A stretch of 27,187 nt of DNA from Candidatus Aenigmatarchaeota archaeon (GTDB lineage: Archaea; Aenigmatarchaeota; Aenigmatarchaeia; GW2011-AR5). A program made the translations under genes and the position numbers. A model generated the notes under the pieces. The model was not told the origin of the DNA. It did not search any database and was given only the letters and a program-made list of their open reading frames with translations. This document shows, piece after piece, positions 16,023-24,870 of this stretch (within the stretch, counting starts at the first letter, position 1; each line of letters begins with the position of its first letter). Where the stretch lies: positions 1 through 27,187 of the forward strand of contig JAZDNV010000027.1 in the NCBI GenBank assembly GCA_043799385.1, given 5' to 3'.

Positions 16023-16700
16023 ATGATAGATGAAAACAAGCTGATTCAAACAATAATCCTGGGCAGCGACTGGCAGGAGGTCATGACGTCAATAGTCGTG
16101 GAAGAGGGACTTGACCCGCTGGATATCGATATAAAGAAGCTTGCTGATTCATTCATCGTATACCTGCAGCGATTGAAGAAATTCGACTTCCGCATACCTG
16201 CCAGATTCATATTGATAGCTGCGATACTGCTCAGGATGAAATGCGAATTGCTTTTAGAGGAAGAAGCTGAAAAGGTGAAGGAAGAAAAGGAGATAACAAA
16301 GATTGATATAGAGAACATCCCGCCTCTGTCGCCGCCCATAGAGAGGATGACAACAAGAAAAGTCACGCTGACCGAGCTGATAACTGCGCTTAACAAGTCA
16401 TTCGAATTCCGCGAGAAGAAGGAGATAAAAAAGCTGAGAATGCGGAGGGCAGCAGAAAGCCTCATAGAGCCGGAAATCGATATTGAAATCAAGATAAAAG
16501 GCGTCTTTGACGACATCATGGACGGCAAGACAAAATTTTCTGACCTTGTGCCAGTATGGAAGAGGACAGAAATAGTCGAGACGTTCATGCCGTTGCTTTA
16601 TTTAATGCAGCGAAACAAAATCAACTGCGATCAGGAGGAATTCTTCAAGGAAATATATATAAGACTGAAGGAATTAGATAAGACTGGCGGGCAATTATGA
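16023..16700 (+). CDS. scpA: Segregation and condensation protein A (kleisin)
   Basis: LDPLDIDI..L...F, AAILLRMK..LL, R.VTL.ELI.AL, V.TF.PLL.L.....I...QEEFF.EI. Start moved to ATG 16023 because the track start lies inside the repeat element. Confidence 0.92.
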   Translation: MIDENKLIQTIILGSDWQEVMTSIVVEEGLDPLDIDIKKLADSFIVYLQRLKKFDFRIPARFILIAAILLRMKCELLLEEEAEKVKEEKEITKIDIENIPPLSPPIERMTTRKVTLTELITALNKSFEFREKKEIKKLRMRRAAESLIEPEIDIEIKIKGVFDDIMDGKTKFSDLVPVWKRTEIVETFMPLLYLMQRNKINCDQEEFFKEIYIRLKELDKTGGQL

Positions 16701-17320
16701 TAAACAAGTTAGCGTTATTAGAGGCAGTACTGTTCACGACGGATAAACCTATGGTCATAGAAGAATTGGAGAAAACCACGAAAATAAAACGGGATGAGAT
16801 TGAACGCCTGCTAAAAGTTCTGGAGAGTAAATATTCAAACCCGGACGCAGGGATAAAATTATCGACTGGCGGCGGTTACAGATTGATAGTCAAAGAGGAT
16901 TACGTTGCCAAAGTCTCGCATTTAACGCCACATGCGGATTTGTCACGCGGTCTTCTGCGTGTATTGTCGATAATCGCTTACCACGAGCCGGTTGCGCAGT
17001 CAGAAATAGTCAAGGTCGTTGGCAACCGCACGTATGAGTATACGAAAGAGCTGGAAGAGCGCGGCCTGATAAGCAGCGAGAGAAAATCGAGAACGAAGCT
17101 ATTGACAACGACCCAGCATTTTGAAGAGTATTTTGGCGCGAAGAGGGGCGAGATAAAGGCAATGTCAGAAAAGCTGAAGACAAAGGATAAGAAAGCGGTG
17201 GCGAAAACGGAAAAAACCAAGCCGGCTGAAAGCATAAAAAATACATCTGTGCAGCACACAGAAGATGCAAAACCGTTGGAAACGCCACAGCCAGAAACCG
17301 CTTTGGAAAACGGAAATTAA
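16697..17320 (+). CDS. scpB: Segregation and condensation protein B (KITE)
   Basis: LEAVLF....P, GY.L.VK, LS...LRVLSIIAYHEPV.QSEI, L.E.GLI, TT..F.EYFG, low-complexity tail; ATGA overlap with scpA. Confidence 0.95.
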   Translation: MINKLALLEAVLFTTDKPMVIEELEKTTKIKRDEIERLLKVLESKYSNPDAGIKLSTGGGYRLIVKEDYVAKVSHLTPHADLSRGLLRVLSIIAYHEPVAQSEIVKVVGNRTYEYTKELEERGLISSERKSRTKLLTTTQHFEEYFGAKRGEIKAMSEKLKTKDKKAVAKTEKTKPAESIKNTSVQHTEDAKPLETPQPETALENGN

Positions 17321-17321
17321 A

Positions 17322-17825
17322 TCACTTTTTCTTCATAAATAACTTCTCCGCTGGACATCCGATTTCTCTCTGTTTGCAATATTTGCAGGCGAAAGAACCT
17401 CTTATGAATGCATTGCCTGCAAATGAAAGGGATAACAAAACTGCAATTAATATCAAAAGTATCCAGTTAAAACTTCTGACTAAAAGTATGATTCCGCCGA
17501 TAAGTGGGAAGATAAAAACCATGAAATCGGGAATAATATCTTTCCATGTGATTTTGTCCTTTATGAATTTCTTGGGGTTGCCTTTTTTGAAAAACAAAGA
17601 GCACACCTTACCTTTGCCGAAACCGCATAATTTGCCGTAGTAGTAACAATTCACACAACTTCTTCTCAATACGTTAGACTCCATCCAAAGACAGTAAAGG
17701 GCGTATAGAACGACAAAAAATGCCCCGAATCCTGAAAAAATGTAGATTCCTATTGCATAGATTAATATCGAAAAAATGTTGGATAAAATAACTATTCTGA
17801 CAGGAAAATTTTCATATGTCAGCAT
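17322..17825 (-). CDS. Hypothetical membrane protein with Cys clusters
   Basis: About 4 TM helices; CVNCYYYGKLC...C and CKYCKQREIGCPA motifs. Confidence 0.75.
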   Translation of the reverse strand: MLTYENFPVRIVILSNIFSILIYAIGIYIFSGFGAFFVVLYALYCLWMESNVLRRSCVNCYYYGKLCGFGKGKVCSLFFKKGNPKKFIKDKITWKDIIPDFMVFIFPLIGGIILLVRSFNWILLILIAVLLSLSFAGNAFIRGSFACKYCKQREIGCPAEKLFMKKK

Positions 17826-17842
17826 CTTTTTCAGAGTATCAC

Positions 17843-18433
17843 CTAAATAACCTTGCCGAAAATCTTCTTCACGTCGCTGAATACCTCTTCAACGCCGCGG
17901 TTTCCGTCTACTATATATGTGTCCGGAAAGTAATTTTTCATCGACAGATATGCGTTCCTTATCTGTACGAGCTTTGACTCGTTCTCGAATAATTCCAGGT
18001 GATGCCGCGCCTTTTTCATGCGCTCGATGCAGATTTTCGGTTGCGTGTCGATTATGATTGTCAGGTTTGGCTTCTTGAAATTCTTGTTCAGATTCTGCAG
18101 GACGTCCTTGTTGATGTCAAGGCTGCCGTAAGCCAAACTGGACATTATGTACCTGTCGCATACCACGATTCTGTTCGCCTTCAATGCCGGTTCTATTTCG
18201 TTCTCAAGATGGTGCGAGCGGTCAGCAGCGTACAGAATCTGCAGCGTTATAGGCGATATCTTCCACTCTTTTTTCAGTGCTGATTTTATTATCCCGCCTA
18301 TAAGCCCGTCTGTAGGCTCTTTCGTCAATAACGTATCATAACCATTGCTAATCGAATGGTTCCTGAGCAGCGTTGCCTGAGTCGTTATGCCGCTGCCATC
18401 CAGGCCTTCAAAGACAATAAACTTTCCCGCCAT
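17843..18433 (-). CDS. tmk: Thymidylate kinase
   Basis: FIVFEGLDGSG.TTQ, KEPT, AADR..H, CDRY..SS.AY. The P-loop reads GSGITT rather than the usual GSGKTT. Confidence 0.92.
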   Translation of the reverse strand: MAGKFIVFEGLDGSGITTQATLLRNHSISNGYDTLLTKEPTDGLIGGIIKSALKKEWKISPITLQILYAADRSHHLENEIEPALKANRIVVCDRYIMSSLAYGSLDINKDVLQNLNKNFKKPNLTIIIDTQPKICIERMKKARHHLELFENESKLVQIRNAYLSMKNYFPDTYIVDGNRGVEEVFSDVKKIFGKVI

Positions 18434-18495
18434 ATCAACCGCTTGTTATATTATTATCTGTTGTATTTAAAATTTATATTATTGCAGAAGAAGTA

Positions 18496-18909
18496 TCAGA
18501 ACTCCTTTGATATCTTGTACTCAGGACAGTTGGCGGCGACAACTTCAACTTTTTTTGGTTTGGTTGTTTCGTTGAGGCTTATAATAGCTGTCGTGCTTTC
18601 AACCGGGCCCAGCGGGTCTTTTGCTCCGTAGTTCTTCAGCAGTATATTCTCAACGTTCTTTTTCGGGTCGTCGTATATTATGGAAGCCTTCAGCGTTGAC
18701 AGATTGAAATTGTTGTTGGTGTTCTCTATCCTTACTGTTACGTTGCCTTCGCTGAAGCTCAAATCCGCTATACCGAGCGCAAATACGCATTTTGTAGAAC
18801 CGAGCTTCGAGGACGGGAAAGAAGTCGCCCAGGTAGCCATCACTCCTGCAATTGTCATCGTAATACCAATCAGCAATACGCTTGCAATCAACGGCGATAT
18901 GCCCTTCAT
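18496..18909 (-). CDS. Archaeal type IV pilin-like protein (class III signal peptide)
   Basis: MKG|ISPLIASVLLIGITMTIAGV: prepilin cleavage motif followed by a hydrophobic helix. Confidence 0.88.
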   Translation of the reverse strand: MKGISPLIASVLLIGITMTIAGVMATWATSFPSSKLGSTKCVFALGIADLSFSEGNVTVRIENTNNNFNLSTLKASIIYDDPKKNVENILLKNYGAKDPLGPVESTTAIISLNETTKPKKVEVVAANCPEYKISKEF

Positions 18910-18982
18910 CTCTAAACCCTCTAATTACTATATTTTACTTATATTTGGTAATATAAATATTTTTTAAAGGTCTGTGCTTTGA

Positions 18983-20230
18983 TTAAACAAGGCCAAATGC
19001 CTGAATAATTCCGAACGAATGCAGAACTGTGAGCAGGCATATGACGCCCAAGAGATCAACGCCGCTCGCCACTAAAGGTAACGTAACGTTATCCGGATCC
19101 AGCCCGTACTTATACGACAGTATTGACACTGCGAATGAAACGAATAACACGATGGTTATCAGTATGAAGGCTGATATCATCACTACTTCAATAATCTGAA
19201 ACAGTGTCATGCCGGACACGCCAAAAATATAGCCAGAAAACCATATCAGCACGCTCATTATGAGAAATATGAAGAAAGTCAGTATGTATGAATTCAGGAA
19301 CTCTTTTTTTGTCTCATTATCTATCCTAAGCGTTGGGTCCAGAGTACCAAGATGTAATTTTGAAGCAAGTCTGGATGACAAAACATTTCCAATGTTTCCG
19401 CCCTCTTCTAAGAATGCTGGAAGCAGGACGAATATTATCGGTATGCTCACAATGCTCTCTATGTTGAATTCGACTAGTATTCCTGCAAACGTATCCAGAA
19501 TTGCACACAATGCCAGAATTATCGACGATTGTAAGACAATGTTCCTGCAGGAACCTTCTTTGAGAAATATCATGTCATACTTAGTTTCCTTTGAAAAAAC
19601 CAGGAAAATGTTCATTATTGTTATAGCAATGATTATTATGAACAGGAAAATAACATACTCCGTTATCGCAAGCACAACATATGCAGCCAGCAGTAATGAA
19701 GGGATAGTCACGAAGTCTCCGAACGCTGTTATCAGCGGAGCCTGTATGTTGTCCAAATCCCAGCCGTAGCGATACGCAAGGACAGCTGTGCCGAATGTTA
19801 TTACGATAAGGATTGATCCGGCAATCGTTCCTGCGATGAAAGAAATCAGAACAAAGGAAACCATGCCTATGCTCGCAAGACCTAGTATTTTTGTCAATAT
19901 ATCTGCCAAGAAGCCGAGAAACACGGATAATGCGATTGTTGTCGTGAACGTTGCATAAATGTTGTTCTTCACAACACGGTTGCCTAGCGTGAACTTGTCT
20001 ATTGTACCTAAGTGTAATGCCGAGCCTAGACGCGAACCGAGGGCGGAAAAAATGTTTCCGCGCATGCCCAGCGCAGGCGGAACTAGGATGAAAAGACCCG
20101 GCAGCATCAGCAGCGTTTCGCTGAATTTTCCAAGAAGTAGTCCAGCAAAAACTGCAGCTAGTACGCTAATCAAAAGCGCGACAAAGCTCTGTCTCAGTGC
20201 TTTGTCAGTAAAAACGTATAGAAGCTGCAT
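18983..20230 (-). CDS. MgtE-family divalent cation transporter (duplicated membrane domain)
   Basis: Two repeats of P......GN......SRL.S.LHLG and D[LP]DN...PL......D motifs. Confidence 0.9.
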   Translation of the reverse strand: MQLLYVFTDKALRQSFVALLISVLAAVFAGLLLGKFSETLLMLPGLFILVPPALGMRGNIFSALGSRLGSALHLGTIDKFTLGNRVVKNNIYATFTTTIALSVFLGFLADILTKILGLASIGMVSFVLISFIAGTIAGSILIVITFGTAVLAYRYGWDLDNIQAPLITAFGDFVTIPSLLLAAYVVLAITEYVIFLFIIIIAITIMNIFLVFSKETKYDMIFLKEGSCRNIVLQSSIILALCAILDTFAGILVEFNIESIVSIPIIFVLLPAFLEEGGNIGNVLSSRLASKLHLGTLDPTLRIDNETKKEFLNSYILTFFIFLIMSVLIWFSGYIFGVSGMTLFQIIEVVMISAFILITIVLFVSFAVSILSYKYGLDPDNVTLPLVASGVDLLGVICLLTVLHSFGIIQAFGLV

Positions 20231-20257
20231 CAAGTCACCAAAAACGCTATATTACCC

Positions 20258-20830
20258 TTATAGGCACTTTAGTGTTCCTTTTGCAAGCTTCTGCAACCTT
20301 CCACATGGCGATGAAGGCCCTACACCTATCAGTATGTCGTCTTCCAGCACTGTCGTGTTTCCGTTCGGGTCGAATATCCATCTGTCTTTTCTTCTTATAC
20401 CGACGATGCGGACGCCAATCTCTGTCGCAAGCTTTATTTCTCCCAGCGTCTTGTTGCATAACGGCGACTTCTTCGATACGACGGCACGCGTTATACTTTC
20501 GTCCGTTTCGCTCAATGCCTCTTTTATTATCGGATGCAGTTCGCCGCCGCCCAAAACTAACTCGCTCATGTTCCTCGCTGCGGTCGCAACGAATTTCGAA
20601 CTCTCGACGAGGTCAAGGACGCTTATCAGCCTTTTCGCTGGCCTTCCTCTGGAGGCAGCCATAAGATGCAGGTACAAACGTTCTTCTGTATACTCCAGAT
20701 TATTGTAGAGCAGAAGCACTTCCTTTGCAATCTCCTTGTTCTCGAAGAAAACAGAAGAATATGCAAGATCCAGCATAAGTTCAGAGAGATTCTTCATATC
20801 CTCAATCAATTCTTTAACGTTCTCGGCCAT
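20258..20830 (-). CDS. PhoU-like plus TrkA-C domain protein (partner of the MgtE-type gene)
   Basis: MKNLSELMLDLAYS helical domain and SPL.NKTLGE..L....GVRIVGIRR...W.F.P.....L...D TrkA-C domain; GGTGA upstream of ATG 20830. Confidence 0.85.
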   Translation of the reverse strand: MAENVKELIEDMKNLSELMLDLAYSSVFFENKEIAKEVLLLYNNLEYTEERLYLHLMAASRGRPAKRLISVLDLVESSKFVATAARNMSELVLGGGELHPIIKEALSETDESITRAVVSKKSPLCNKTLGEIKLATEIGVRIVGIRRKDRWIFDPNGNTTVLEDDILIGVGPSSPCGRLQKLAKGTLKCL

Positions 20831-20890
20831 GTTCATCACCAATATTATTATGTTCGAAACCTATAAAATCTTTGCAATCAATGTTATAAA

Positions 20891-21916
20891 ATGCCTGACA
20901 TCATAAAAGAGGATTTGAATACGATAAAATCCAGCCTGAAGGGATTTGAAAAAAATATAAAGAACAAGACGTTTCTGGTCACAGGCGGCTCCGGCTTTCT
21001 CGGTTCATGGTTCTGCGACACGCTCAATACCTTCGACGCAAAAATAATATGTGTTGACAACTTTTCATCAGGAGCGGAGAAAAACATTGAGCACTTGTTC
21101 AAGTCGAAAAACTTCAGGCTTTTGAAAGCAGACATATGCAGCTTCAAGATAAATGAGAAAATAGATTACATCGTGCACATGGCAAGCATCGCTTCGCCGC
21201 CGCTGTACCAGGAAAAGCCAGTGGAGACGATAGACTCGAACGTACTTGGAACAAGGAATATGCTCGAGCTCGCGAGAAAGAACAACGCTAGAATGCTTTT
21301 TACGAGCACTAGTGAAGTCTATGGCGACGCACGCGTCGTTCCTAGTCCTGAAAACTATTACGGCTATGTAAATTCTTACGGCCCGAGATGCATGTATGAC
21401 GAAGGAAAAAGATGCGCAGAGGCGTATTGCTATTCGTATTGGAAAAAATACGGTCTTGATATCAGAATAGTGAGAATATTCAACACATATGGCCCGCGTC
21501 TGGACTCTGATGCTAACCAGTATGGCCGTGCATTGGTGAAGTTCGTATCGCAAGCGCTGAAAAACCAGGACATAAGCCTGTACAGCGATGGCAAACAAAC
21601 AAGGAGTTTCTGCTACATCACAGACCAGATTAATGGTCTATTCAGGCTTCTTCTGACCGACGGCTTGGCTGGCGAGGTCGTCAACATAGGCAACGACAAG
21701 GAGATAACCATACTGCAACTAGTGGAAAAAGTGATAAAATTGACCAAATCATCGTCCAAGATAGGGTTTAACACTCCGCCGAATTATGATATAAAAGACG
21801 ACCCCAGAAGAAGATGCCCAAACATAACAAAGGCAAGAAAATTGCTGAAGTACGAGCCGAAAATAAGTTTAGATCAGGGATTGAAGAGAACAGTCGATTG
21901 GGTTAGATTTAAATAA
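20891..21916 (+). CDS. NAD-dependent epimerase/dehydratase, UDP-glucuronate decarboxylase-like
   Basis: TGGSGFLGS, HMASIASP..Y, STSEVYGD, GPRCMYDEGKR.AE, RIFNTYGPR, QTRSFCY, DDP.RR.P.I. Confidence 0.92.
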   Translation: MPDIIKEDLNTIKSSLKGFEKNIKNKTFLVTGGSGFLGSWFCDTLNTFDAKIICVDNFSSGAEKNIEHLFKSKNFRLLKADICSFKINEKIDYIVHMASIASPPLYQEKPVETIDSNVLGTRNMLELARKNNARMLFTSTSEVYGDARVVPSPENYYGYVNSYGPRCMYDEGKRCAEAYCYSYWKKYGLDIRIVRIFNTYGPRLDSDANQYGRALVKFVSQALKNQDISLYSDGKQTRSFCYITDQINGLFRLLLTDGLAGEVVNIGNDKEITILQLVEKVIKLTKSSSKIGFNTPPNYDIKDDPRRRCPNITKARKLLKYEPKISLDQGLKRTVDWVRFK

Positions 21917-21971
21917 TTTGCTGACAATTCTTCGAATACTTTTCAGAAATGAAATCAATATAGGTGATGGT

Positions 21972-22151
21972 ATGAAAATAGGCAAAATATACGAAAAAAG
22001 TGAGATAGAGAATAATGGTTTTTCATTTCATAGAAAAACCAAACAGGGTGGATTAGTCTACAGCGACGGGAGTCTTTTTTGTTTGTTTGAAAGGGCTCCG
22101 AAAGGGTTGCAGCTAATAGCAAGGTATCATGGTGAGCTGAAAAGAAAATAA
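21972..22151 (+). CDS. Small hypothetical protein (59 aa)
   Basis: AGGTGA SD motif just upstream of ATG 21972; ORF fills the intergenic gap. Confidence 0.55.
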   Translation: MKIGKIYEKSEIENNGFSFHRKTKQGGLVYSDGSLFCLFERAPKGLQLIARYHGELKRK

Positions 22152-22174
22152 GTCGTCGGGATTGATAGACTTTG

Positions 22175-22657
22175 CTACCTTTTTCTCATCTTCCATATTC
22201 CGTAAGCAATCAGCAGAATTCCGGCAATGAAAACAATTATCATAATAATGTCGTTGGAAGACGCTGAACTGAAATCCCTGCCTGAGTCTGTTGCAGTCGC
22301 GGCTGCTTCAGGAACGCTCTTCATTGCTAGCGGTTGCTGTGTGGATGCAAAAAAGCTTCCTATCACCATGACAAAACCGATGAAAACCGTGAAGATTATC
22401 TGTATCGGGAATGATGGCCTCATAATATTTTTTCCGTTCTGCGTCAGCTCGTAGTAAATCCATTTATGCCCTGTCTCAATCCTTTTGACCAAACCCAGTT
22501 TTTCCATTTCTTTCAGGTGTTCTGACGTCGTTGAAGGCGCAAGGTTTAGCTCTCTGGAAAGCTCTGTTGGCATCTTTCTCCTGTTATTGAGATTTTTCAA
22601 TATCTCAACCTTCGTGTCGCTTGACAGGGCCTTAAGCGTCTTTTTGTCTATTTCCAT
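22175..22657 (-). CDS. ArsR-family winged-HTH regulator with two C-terminal TM helices
   Basis: LKALSSDTKVEILK.L.....PTELSREL.LAPST.SEHLK.ME..GLV.......WIYYELT..G followed by two hydrophobic segments. Confidence 0.88.
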   Translation of the reverse strand: MEIDKKTLKALSSDTKVEILKNLNNRRKMPTELSRELNLAPSTTSEHLKEMEKLGLVKRIETGHKWIYYELTQNGKNIMRPSFPIQIIFTVFIGFVMVIGSFFASTQQPLAMKSVPEAAATATDSGRDFSSASSNDIIMIIVFIAGILLIAYGIWKMRKR

Positions 22658-22691
22658 AACAGAAACTGTGCAGAAAATTATTTATTTCTTC

Positions 22692-22775
22692 AGCTTTGCA
22701 CAAAAACAGGCTATCGTCTTTTTGACGATAGCCTAACGTCGATGGGATTGCGCGTATCACTTTTTGTGCAAAGCT
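22692..22775. mobile_element. MITE-like element, copy 4 (84 bp)
   Basis: TIR AGCTTTGCACAAAAA / TTTTTGTGCAAAGCT; flanks TATTTCTTC (22683-22691) and TATCTCTGC (22776-22784), 7/9 match; hairpin AGGCTATCGTC-TTTTT-GACGATAGCCT. Confidence 0.82.
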
Positions 22776-22797
22776 TATCTCTGCCGATTATTTTTTT

Positions 22798-22836
22798 GTT
22801 CGGGTTAAACCGAACGATTTCTGCAACATTTAAATA
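22798..22836 (+). promoter_or_regulatory. Palindromic candidate operator and TATA box of the beta-propeller gene
   Basis: GTTCGG-N6-CCGAAC (22798-22815) upstream of TTTAAATA (22829-22836), about 22 bp before ATG 22858. Confidence 0.5.
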
Positions 22837-22857
22837 ATATCCGTATCGATTAGTAAT

Positions 22858-24870
22858 ATGAAAAATATCGCAATGGCAGTTGTTGGTCTTGTAATAATCT
22901 CAGTGCTATTATTTTATCCATACGCAGAGCCTGAAAAACAGCAGCTAAAGAAATTCTCGTCTGAATCGGAATTGAAGAGTTACATAAAAGCCGCTGCTGA
23001 ATCCGGAACGTATTACGGTACGAGAGAGATAATGACGACCGGTGCGACAAAGCAGGGCGCAGAAAGCGCGCCGACCACGGACGGAACATCGGGCAGCGAT
23101 TACTCGACGACAAACATACAGGTCGCGGGCGTAGACGAGGCGGACATCGTGAAGAACGACGGAAAATACATATACACGATATCTAACAACAAGATTACCA
23201 TAGTTGACGCCTATCCTGCGGAGAGTGCAAAAATACTTTCAGAGATAAAATTTGAAAATACGAGCGTTTCGAACATCTTCATAAACAAAGACAGATTGAT
23301 CGCTTTTGGCAATAATTACGATTATTATTATTCAAACGGCGGTGTTATACAGGAAAAGGTTGGGGTGGCACAGAGTGAAATGATGCCATACCCATATTAT
23401 CGCTCAGACAAAACGTTCATAAACATTTATGATATCTCGGACAGGGAAAACCCAACTCTTGTAAAGAATTATACAATGGACGGAAATTACTACAACTCAA
23501 GAATGATCGGCGATTACGTTTACCTGATAACAAACCAGTATGTAAACAATTTTGAGAATCCGGTAATACCCATTGCTGCAAGATGCGGCGTTGGTTGCAT
23601 AGACGTGTGGTATTTTGATGTGCCTGAATCAAATTATCAATTTACGATAGTATCCTCAGTAAACGTGCAGACGCATGAAACGAGCACAAAGGTATTTTTG
23701 ATGGGCTACACGCAAAATATGTACGTTTCTACTGACAACATCTACATAACATACTCAAAGCGTTTGACATATGTGGATTTCCTGGATAAGATAGTCGATG
23801 CGCTTCTGCCATTGGTACCGAGCGAAACTGAGAAGATAAACGAGATAATGAATTCCAAGCTGTTCTCAAATGCAGAGAAGTTTTCAGCCATTGGAAGAGT
23901 GCTGAGCGAATACTCAGCAAAGCTAACCGCAGAGGAGCGACTAAACTTCCAGAAAAACTATGAGGAAAAACTCATTGATGTGCAGACGCAGATAGCAAAG
24001 GAGATGGAAAAAACCGTCATTCACAAGATTTCGATAAGCAACGGCAACATTGAGTACAAAGTCCAGGGCGAGGCGTCGGGAAACACGCTGAATCAGTTCT
24101 CAATGGATGAATACAATGGTTATTTCAGGATAGCAACGACAACGGATGCATGGAGCGGACAGTCGAAGAATCATGTTTACGTTCTTGATGATAGTCTTGC
24201 AGTAGTCGGTAAATTAGAGGACCTTGCTTCAGGCGAGAGGATATACTCGGTTAGATTCATCGGAAATAAGGGCTACATGGTAACGTTCAGGCAGATCGAT
24301 CCGCTGTTTATAATAGACCTTGAGAACCCAAGCAATCCGAGCGTGCTCGGCTATCTAAAAATACCGGGCGTATCGGATTACCTGCATCCTTACGACGAGA
24401 CCCACATCATAGGAGTCGGTCGCGACGCAAGCGATGAGGGTAGGATAAAGGGAATGAAGCTTTCGTTATTCGATGTAAGCGACGTTTCCAATCCGAAAGA
24501 GATATCGAAATACTTCATCGGAGAACGAGGAACGCAATCAGAAGCCTTGAACGACCATAAAGCGTTTCTGTTCAGCAGGCAGAAAAATCTATTAGTAATA
24601 CCGATAAGCCTTGTTGAAGGTGGCGAAGAATGGCGATGGGAGAAAACGTGGTACGGTGCCTTTGTTTTTAACGTCGACCTGGTCAATGGATTCACGCTGA
24701 AAGGCAAGGTAACGCATTCAAATCAGACAAACGATGGCTATTACTACGATTATTCATCGCAGATAAGAAGGTCGCTATACATGGATGACGTCCTGTATAC
24801 AATCTCGGGCAGCATGATAAAGATGAACGACCTTAACGATATGACAGAATTAAATAAAGTCATCTACTAG
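22858..24870 (+). CDS. Secreted or membrane-anchored beta-propeller domain protein (Beta_propel / COG4880-like)
   Basis: N-terminal hydrophobic signal; YSTTNIQV.GVDEADIVKNDG.YIY, LNQFSMDEY.G.FRIATT, GERIYSVRF.G...Y.VTFRQIDPLF, LKIPG.SDYLHP, SEAL.DHKAFLF. Confidence 0.9.
   Translation: MKNIAMAVVGLVIISVLLFYPYAEPEKQQLKKFSSESELKSYIKAAAESGTYYGTREIMTTGATKQGAESAPTTDGTSGSDYSTTNIQVAGVDEADIVKNDGKYIYTISNNKITIVDAYPAESAKILSEIKFENTSVSNIFINKDRLIAFGNNYDYYYSNGGVIQEKVGVAQSEMMPYPYYRSDKTFINIYDISDRENPTLVKNYTMDGNYYNSRMIGDYVYLITNQYVNNFENPVIPIAARCGVGCIDVWYFDVPESNYQFTIVSSVNVQTHETSTKVFLMGYTQNMYVSTDNIYITYSKRLTYVDFLDKIVDALLPLVPSETEKINEIMNSKLFSNAEKFSAIGRVLSEYSAKLTAEERLNFQKNYEEKLIDVQTQIAKEMEKTVIHKISISNGNIEYKVQGEASGNTLNQFSMDEYNGYFRIATTTDAWSGQSKNHVYVLDDSLAVVGKLEDLASGERIYSVRFIGNKGYMVTFRQIDPLFIIDLENPSNPSVLGYLKIPGVSDYLHPYDETHIIGVGRDASDEGRIKGMKLSLFDVSDVSNPKEISKYFIGERGTQSEALNDHKAFLFSRQKNLLVIPISLVEGGEEWRWEKTWYGAFVFNVDLVNGFTLKGKVTHSNQTNDGYYYDYSSQIRRSLYMDDVLYTISGSMIKMNDLNDMTELNKVIY

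Noticed and set aside
13375..17320. Short SMC operon as a Wadjet/MksBEFG anti-plasmid system or as Rad50/SbcC
   Set aside because: The protein has a canonical Smc hinge (no zinc hook) with ordinary ScpA and ScpB, and there is no JetD/MksG-like nuclease or Mre11 gene adjacent.
18983..20830. MgtE plus PhoU/TrkA-C gene pair as a novel system
   Set aside because: This pairing is common in archaeal genomes and nothing unusual is visible here.
918..22775. The repeated palindromic sequence as a CRISPR array
   Set aside because: Copies are 84-92 bp, kilobases apart, in both orientations and flanked by TSDs; there is no repeat-spacer periodicity and no cas gene.
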